A stretch of 64,000 nucleotides of DNA from Octopus vulgaris (lineage: Eukaryota). The first letter of the stretch is position 1. Each line of letters opens with the position of its first letter. The position numbers and the translations under genes were made by a program. The stretch covers positions 19,530,001 through 19,594,000 of the forward strand of contig OX597831.1 of the NCBI GenBank assembly GCA_951406725.2, written 5' to 3'. Under the pieces are notes generated by a model. It was not told the origin of the DNA. It did not search any database and worked only from the letters and a program-made list of their open reading frames with translations. Positions 56,350 through 64,000 of this stretch are shown piece by piece.

Positions 56350-56700
56350 TAGTTTTTATCCTTCTTTACTGTCTTTTTCCTTCTAGTAGAGTCTATTTTG
56401 AAAGCTGCTTTAGCATAGCGTTGTTCTGGTAGCCGGAGTATCTGACTGGCTGGTTTTAATTTTCGTTGATTGACGATTTCGCTAAACGGTCTTACGTTGG
56501 CACTCTTAAGAATGTTTTAATTGTTTATGTGGTCGTGTCAGTATGTTCTCCGAAGCTTTCTCAAGCATCTTTGATGGAATACATCTTACTTTCAATCGTT
56601 TTTGAAGGTTTTCCATACCTCACTGGCATAGACAACCGTTGGCAAAGCCATACTATTAGTTATTGTTTGGATGAATTATTGTAGAAAGCTACTCTTGCAC
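56350..56700 (-). pseudogene. Old RTE-clade LINE C-terminal remnant
   Basis: Manual translation with frameshift and stops: LPTVVYASEVWK..FHQRCLRKL..HDHINN*NILKSANVRPFSEIVNQRKLK..QILRLPEQRYAKAA. Confidence 0.65.
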
Positions 56701-59109
56701 CAAGTTAGCTTTGAATCATCAGAGCTATGTTCTAAATAATACATTCAGTGTCCAGTCAAGTTAGGAAAAGCGGGCGTAAATTAGGTGGGAGAGAGGTAAT
56801 TACCATAAGACCTGAAGCTTACTTCCAGTATAGGAGAGGATTCTGCTTAAGGCACTCAAAAATGCCACTCAGACGATGAATTAATTCTAGCACCCAAGAA
56901 ATGGAGGTCTTTTCTGTTTGATGCACATCTTCAGATTTTATTGACATTCTCAATATCGATGAAATCTTTGATGCCAATTATGACAGTCCAGACCACTATT
57001 AATTAAAAGAAATCAATAATATAAACGTTTGGAACATTTAAAACTTGGATCATTTATTATTATTTTTTTAATTTTAACCAATGAGATTCATCAATTTCCG
57101 ACTTCCCTTCTAAATATTATTTCTATGTTCTCATAGAAACTAGATGACACCATCATGTCGTTAAAGTTAGATTAGGTTTAATTATAGGTCTAACCATAAG
57201 CTTTTGTATTAGATTGAGGATAAAGCTTATGGTTAGGACTTAGGATTAAGTGTAGATTCATGGTTTACGATTAATGTCACGGATTAGATTTAGAACTATG
57301 GTTATGCATTGCAAAATTCTGTTCCAGGGGTAAATTTTGCTTCATTTTACTTCATTAAATAATTTTTATTTTTAAAGTGTTAATAACGTTTTTATATTGT
57401 TTTCTTAAAATCAGCAAATGGTGTGTCTCAAAAGTTCGCCCTCTATAACGTTGCCACGGTGTGTCGAGAAAGTACAGATCTGGCTCAGATAACAAAAAAA
57501 TTGCCATCATTAATGCTTTGTCACTTTTTGTGTATTAATTTCTCAAAAAAAGCAGCGAGCTAGCAGAATTGCTAGGGTTTTGGAAACAAGCCTAGTGGTA
57601 TCTCTTTCGACGTATTGCATTGTGAGTCCAACTTCTGACGAGATAAGCATTGCCAACATTGATAAAATAAAGCAGTAGGGTACATTGCGTCGATGGTATC
57701 TACTAGCCAACTCCCCTAACAACTGTTTCTTTTTTTTTGTCTAATTTAGAAACTTGTTTCAGTCATTTGACTGGTCATGCTGGAGCACCGCCCTTAGTCG
57801 AAGAAACGGACCGCAGGACATTTTCTTTGTAAGCCTAGTACTTATTCTATCGGTGTCTTATTATTTATTTCTTTAAAAAAGTGTAAACTGTTTTCGTAAC
57901 TGGCACGAAAAACTACATCTGTGAGAAATTTTCATGAAAGTTCGAAAGAGTTTTTCGAACCGAAAATCTCTAGGATCTATCCTCGTGATTTTCACAGTTA
58001 CCGGCCATCAAACTTCACGCAGTTCACAAAGCAATTCTATTGTAGGAATCACTTTTTTTCTCTTTCTCTAATATCTCATGAAACCGCGCAGAAATCACGT
58101 AACAGGAAAGCGAACTTCTCAACTACGGAGCCATGCCTGCAACACAAAATATATAGAAGTTCCTTTATTCAACGACTATATAACAAGAAAACATTTGTTA
58201 TAAGAGTTAATAAATATTTAAATCTCTAGTGTTATTAAAGTCTCTCAAACAAACAATTCTTTTCGTTACTTATTCTTAACAGCAACTTCTGTTAGGATTT
58301 ATGAGTTTTTTGTTTGTTTTTTTTTTAAATCTTGTTTTCAATTAAAGCCGAATCATACATAAATCCAGCTCACATAACACATTACAGACAGATCTATGTT
58401 TTATTTTTAATAGTGAATCGTTATTCCTTGGTGAATGTATTTTCTTTGTTGGTAACGACACCATTTTTTATATTCTCACAGCATATTTCAAATTGTTTAG
58501 AGTTAGCAGACTTTTTTTACTGACTTAGATAATCAGTGCATTTCTTAAGGTGAGGAAAAACAACTGAGGTGACAAGTAGCGCTGTCTTTCTCGCCGAATT
58601 TCTTCTTCGCCAAAATCTAGTGACTATCATCGAAGAACGAACAAATACAAGTACTTCTACGTGGTGCTGTAGCTTGTTAGAAATAGCACCAAAACCTCAG
58701 CAACGATTTCAAAAATGAATTTAGAACTACATTAATAAACGCAATTTTTTTTTCAGAAAATGGAAAAAAAATTAAATTAAAAAGACAGATGCGACTACCC
58801 GCTACTGTTGCAGCGTTACTTACTTCATCAGTGTTTCGTTAAATTGTGGCAGAGAATTATATTCCAGTTGTGAATATGTACTAAATACGGGTACCATTCT
58901 CTCTTATTTGTTTCAGTCATTTGACTGCAGCCATGCTGGAGCACCGCATACAATATCTGAATGATTTCTAATCACGTGACAAGACCGGCAGCCCTACAGT
59001 AAAATCCTTTGAGAATCTTCCTGTGAACTTGCATTAAAATAATGTAACCTCAGAAACATCGGAAAATCCTCGAAAATGCGTGGAAACAATTACACCTAGA
59101 ATTACGTCA

Positions 59110-59512
59110 TTTATTCTTTTCTGCTCTAGGCACAAGTCCCGAAAGTTTAGGGGGAGGTGGCTAGTCAATTACATCGACCCCAGTATGCAACTGGTACTTA
59201 ATTCATCGACCCCGAGAGGATAAAAAGCAAAGCCGACATTAGCACAATTTGAACTCAGAAGTAAAGACAGGCAAAATACTTATTTCGTTACTACCCACAA
59301 GGGGCTAAACACAGAGGACAAATAATGACAGACAAACGGATTAAGTCGATTATATCGACCCCAGTGCCTAGCTGGTACTTATTTAATAGACCCCGAAAGG
59401 ATGAAAGGCAAAGTCGACCTCAGTGGAATTTGAACTCAGAACGTAGCAGCAGACGAAATACCGCTAAGACATTTCGCCCGGCGTGCTAACGATTCTGCCA
59501 GCTCGCCGCCTT
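59110..59512 (-). mobile_element. SINE family 1, composite copy
   Basis: Reverse complement of the 21974-22375 architecture. Confidence 0.85.
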
Positions 59513-60899
59513 CGAATCACAGCAATATTGGCAACTCTCTACTATTTCACCAGAACGCAGCAGAGATGGTGCCCTTGATACGTCACACATCTTGCTGTTA
59601 CGCCATCTGAGCCATTGACCATATTAGTTTCATCTGCATCGTCTGCCATTTAAGTCTTGGTACTCTTAAAAAATGGCGTTCCCTGTACAGTAATTCTTCT
59701 CAGATTGCTACTTAGTTTTGAGAATCAGCCAACGCGAAGGATTGCTGTGTGGCCATCATTGTACACTACCTATTCTTGGACCCGAGTGTAGTTGGAGACC
59801 AGTGCCCCTGTCCACGCCTGGGGATTTGCGGATGATAGATTTACACCAAACACTTTCGACTCTAAGTCGACACTCCTCTAGTGACCATCACTCGTTTTCC
59901 TTTTACCAGACAATTTACGTTTGGGATTAACTCTTTTACTACCAGCCCGCCTCAGACCGTCTCCAGTTCAGTGATACAAATCCCCTGTTTTAAAGAGAAC
60001 TAAATTGAAGCCTTCCATCGAAATTTCAAGTTTATGTTGCAAACACTATCTTAGTAATTGTAAGGTTATTTTACAAAGAAAAAATCATTATTTTCGAAGT
60101 CAATTGAAACAAAAGAAATGTAATGTATTTTAAGGGAAATATGGTAACGAAAGGATTGAATTACAAATATGCCCTTCAGTTTTGTTTTGTTTTTTGCTAG
60201 TGTGTTTTTGTTTTGTCTTTTACTTCACAATTATAAGATGGGATTTTAGGTGCACTTGATTATTTCGAGAAGTTCACGTGGCCACGAAGCGGTGTCCTCA
60301 TTACTGGTCTCCACAGTGCTTGGTTCTATCAGTTGGCTTTCTAGCAATGCTCTCCATCACACAACCTAACCTAGTTGTGTGCTGCAATAATCATCGTACG
60401 ATTATTCGTCATAAAACAGGTTGTGGAAGATTGCATGTTACCTGTAGCACTTGAGAGCGGCCTAACAGTCTCTGAACGATAACAGACGAACACATTTAAG
60501 AATTAGTTATGAAGCGTGTCTGCACCAATTAAATGCGTGTGTGTGTGTGTGTGCGTGCGTGCGTGTGTGTGTGTGTGCGTGTGTGTGTGCGTGTGTATAT
60601 TCACATAGAACTTCCTTTATATCACACCCCTCAATTAAATAGTACTCAGGGAGTTTGCATCACCAAATTACACAGACTGTGTAGCGATTATAGTCGTGTA
60701 AACAGGATCAGTTTGGTGGTATATCTGGCATATTGTCTTCTTGCCTAATCTGAAGCAGCAATGCCAACAGATTATCATATATAGACGCACAGAGGTACAC
60801 AGACAATATATGTCTCAATTAATCCAGAGATAAAGTGTCCAAAAATGTATACATAGTTGTTAATTTTTATTTCTATTTAGATCTAATATATTAAAAATA

Positions 60900-61900
60900 A
60901 GGAAGGGTTAGACTAAGATCCGAACGAAATTCCTTCTAAATTTCTACTGCAAGTATGAAGACACAGTCCGAGTGCAAAGACAGTTTAAGCCTAAGTTTCG
61001 AATTGATCGATAAACATGACTTACTTCGATCGAATTTGAGGTGAGTTTGAAGTAAAGTTAACTGCTTCATAAACTTACACAAAAAACCTTCCGAAAGACC
61101 GTACATATTGGCGAACCTCACAAGGAAAGAACATTTTATAGAAACTCATTACCGGAGTCCAAGAAAGTCTATGCGACAAGCGAGTCATGAAATACGAATT
61201 TCAAAATCATAGGTCAATCGCATTTTGAAGCTCTGTGATTGGAGAGGTTTACTGAATGGTCCTTGTAGTCAATGTAAATAATGGTCCCGAAGATTAGTGA
61301 CTGGTGGGTTTTACTCATCAGAAAGTGTTGTAGATACACGCGTTCCAACTAACACTGTTTGAAATGAAGACGCTACGTTTAAATTATATGGGTTAATTAT
61401 CCCCCAGAATTACACCATCTTAGAATCTGAAAATCCGCATATTATGGAGAAATGTCATGATATCTTGCCAGAAGTTACATTATATAATGTGGTATATAAC
61501 CAAACGGATTTATTGGACCATTTTTGTCACTGACCACTTTTAACTGAAATTGTTGTGACAATTTATAATATCAGGCATTCCATAGGACTTTCAAGACGTA
61601 TAGTTTTATTTCCAACACGATAGAGCATCCCCACTCAAGCATAGAAGTGAGAGGGCCTAACATGTTGAGGTTTTGCCCAAACGGTGGATTGGGGTAGGAG
61701 GTTATGCACTGTAGACTCTTCGTTCACTGAAGCTCACAGTATTACATATTTTATAGAGATACTTAAAACATGACGCTGACGATACAAAACCGGTAGCGGT
61801 CGACAAACTCAGGGTCTCCTTTAAACCAGAATATGCAAAAATACTGAACGGAATGGTTTTGATGTTTCTGTTAATATTGCTTCGCATTAACATCAGAGGC
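60900..61900 (+). pseudogene. Highly degenerate Tc1/mariner-superfamily transposase
   Basis: Fragments in shifting frames: YCKYEDTVRVQRQF, RSPRKSMRQASHEIRISKS*VNRILK, GFIGPF, YFQHDRASP, LPKRWIGVGG. Confidence 0.6.
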
Positions 61901-62737
61901 TTGGCTAGAAAAGTCATCGGTTTCAAAACAGAAGTTCAGAAAAGAAGTTCTATTCAAGTTCCTGAAACTCACATCTACAACTTTATCGGTATATTTACAC
62001 TCTCTAAGATATTACTAATTGATTTGAGAACTTTACATTATTGGAAAACCTATATGAAATTAGCTGAAGATTACTTGACATATTATATTTGCTGTAATAT
62101 TTGCAGCTTTAATAACTTGTTATAGTATGAAACAATTGTACTAAATTACCGGATCCATTCTTGTTGCTTATTTTTGGTTATATATATATATATATATATA
62201 TACATATATATAGAACCATCCGATCACAGATGTATTTATACTGTAAGTCCATGCATTGACACGATATTTTATCACGTTTCTCTTCCTCATTGCAACGAAT
62301 GCAACTTGTACTTCGAAACGGAATAATTATTCAAACCACTTTAGCAATTTCCTAAAAGAGCCGGTTGCATAGATAGCGTGTAAAAAGCGAACACTATTGA
62401 TTTCATTTAATTACTAGACACATGTCTCGTATTCGAGCCGAGCTGCAGTAAATTCATTTCAAGAGCAACATAAAAACTAAATAAACCTGTTTAATTCTTT
62501 CTTGAATGTGGGGAGACATTTCTGAAATTGGCTTAACGAAACCAGTGACTGTAAAATAAAACATGACGACTGCAGTAATTGAAATATGTTAATTAACTGT
62601 ACAAAGAGAAGCCCCAGCACGAAAGGTATACATACATACGTAAATGTGTGTGTGTGTGCGTCTGTGTGTCTATGCGTATGAGAGAGAGAATATGCATAAA
62701 TGTTCGTATGTATATGTATATATATATATATAGGTAT

Positions 62738-63067
62738 GCATGGCTCAGTGGTTAGAGCGTCGAGCTTACGATCGTGAGGTTGTGAGTTCGAATCCCGGAC
62801 CGGGCTGCGTGTTGTGTTCTTGAGCAAAGCACTTTATTTCACGTTGCTCCGGTTGACTCAGCTGTAGAAATGAATTGCGACGTCACTGGTGCCAAGCTGT
62901 ATCGACCTTTGTCTTTCCCTTGGATAACACTGGTGGCGTGGAGAGGGGAGGCCGGTATGCATGGGCGACTGCTGGTCTTCCATAAAAACAACCTTGCCCA
63001 GACTTGTGCCTCAGAGGGTAACTCTCTAGGTGCAAACCCATGGTCACACATGACCGAAGGGGGTCTT
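62738..63067 (+). mobile_element. SINE family 3 (tRNA-derived head with Pol III A and B boxes)
   Basis: TGGCTCAGTGGTTAGAGCG (A box) and GAGTTCGAATCCC (B box), followed by a body shared with 46300-46628. Confidence 0.85.
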
Positions 63068-63068
63068 T

Positions 63069-63101
<33 letters not shown>

Positions 63102-63151
63102 ATGTGTGTGTGTGCGTGTGTGTGTGTGTGTGTATTTATATATATATATAT

Positions 63152-63184
<33 letters not shown>

Positions 63185-63386
63185 CTGTTACTTGTTTCAG
63201 CCGTTGCACTGAGGCCATGCTGGGCAGCGATTAAAAGGGTTTTAGTCGAACAATTTGACCACGGGATATAGTTTTTAAGTCTTCTTTTCTGATACTTATT
63301 CTATCGACCCGTTTTGCTGAACCACTATGTTACGGCTGTCACGCGGTGGGTGGGGAGGACAAACGCTGATACAAAGACACACATAG

Positions 63387-63418
<32 letters not shown>

Positions 63419-63583
63419 GGACACAAACACACGCATATTTATGTGTATATACATATATATATAATTTCATATCATATATACATATATGTATATATAGTGA
63501 TAGAAAAGAAAAGAGAGAAGCGAATATCTAGATAGCGTAAGATATAGGTAGACATACATATAGGCAGGTAGCTAGCTAGCTAA

Positions 63584-63745
<162 letters not shown>

Positions 63746-64000
63746 AGACGGACAGTCAGACATTTTCTTTCTAATGACATAGTTAACTACTATCGTTTCA
63801 AAACTAATAATAGTATTTACTACAGAAGACAAACATGGACCATTGATTAAACGGACGTGCACACACACACACACACGCTCACACACACACACACACATAC
63901 ACACTTACACAAATACACCATCAAATGTACACAAATTTTAAATCGCCAGCGAAATGTATGTTAATACGAAATCATTTCAAGTGGAAACAACATACGACGC

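Noticed and set aside
59540-59930. Possible RTE 5' UTR with an HDV-like or hammerhead ribozyme
   Set aside because: Could not fold a convincing ribozyme by eye; the family assignment is unsupported.
62738-62810. tRNA gene
   Set aside because: A and B boxes are present but there is no proper acceptor stem, and the sequence continues into a SINE body repeated at 46300-46628.

Overview
AT-rich eukaryotic non-genic DNA, saturated with (TA)n, (CA)n, (GATA)n and (CAT)n microsatellites and transposon debris. The SINE families look like those of Octopus/cephalopods; this is inference from recalled consensus sequences, not a database result. Almost all ORFs in the supplied track are microsatellite artefacts. 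Real coding remnants are: five CR1/Jockey-group LINE fragments (two near-identical young copies in inverted orientation), one R4/Dong-like restriction-endonuclease fragment, one RTE remnant, two Tc1/mariner remnants and three Penelope-like (PLE) GIY-YIG endonuclease remnants. No host gene is confidently identified. The main hidden signal is RNA-structural: about 17 type I hammerhead ribozyme (HHR) motifs from roughly 8 sequence families, read by eye as stem I / CUGANGA / stem II / GAAA / stem III / NUH. They sit in PLE-type termini that are arranged as tandem or inverted repeats and embedded in (TA)n. The most notable is a non-coding, highly structured 492-bp tandem repeat (15097-16690) with one intact HHR per unit. 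Self-cleavage of a minus-strand transcript would release an exact 492-nt monomer, making it a retrozyme-like or circular-RNA candidate. All folds were done manually; none were computed or tested.
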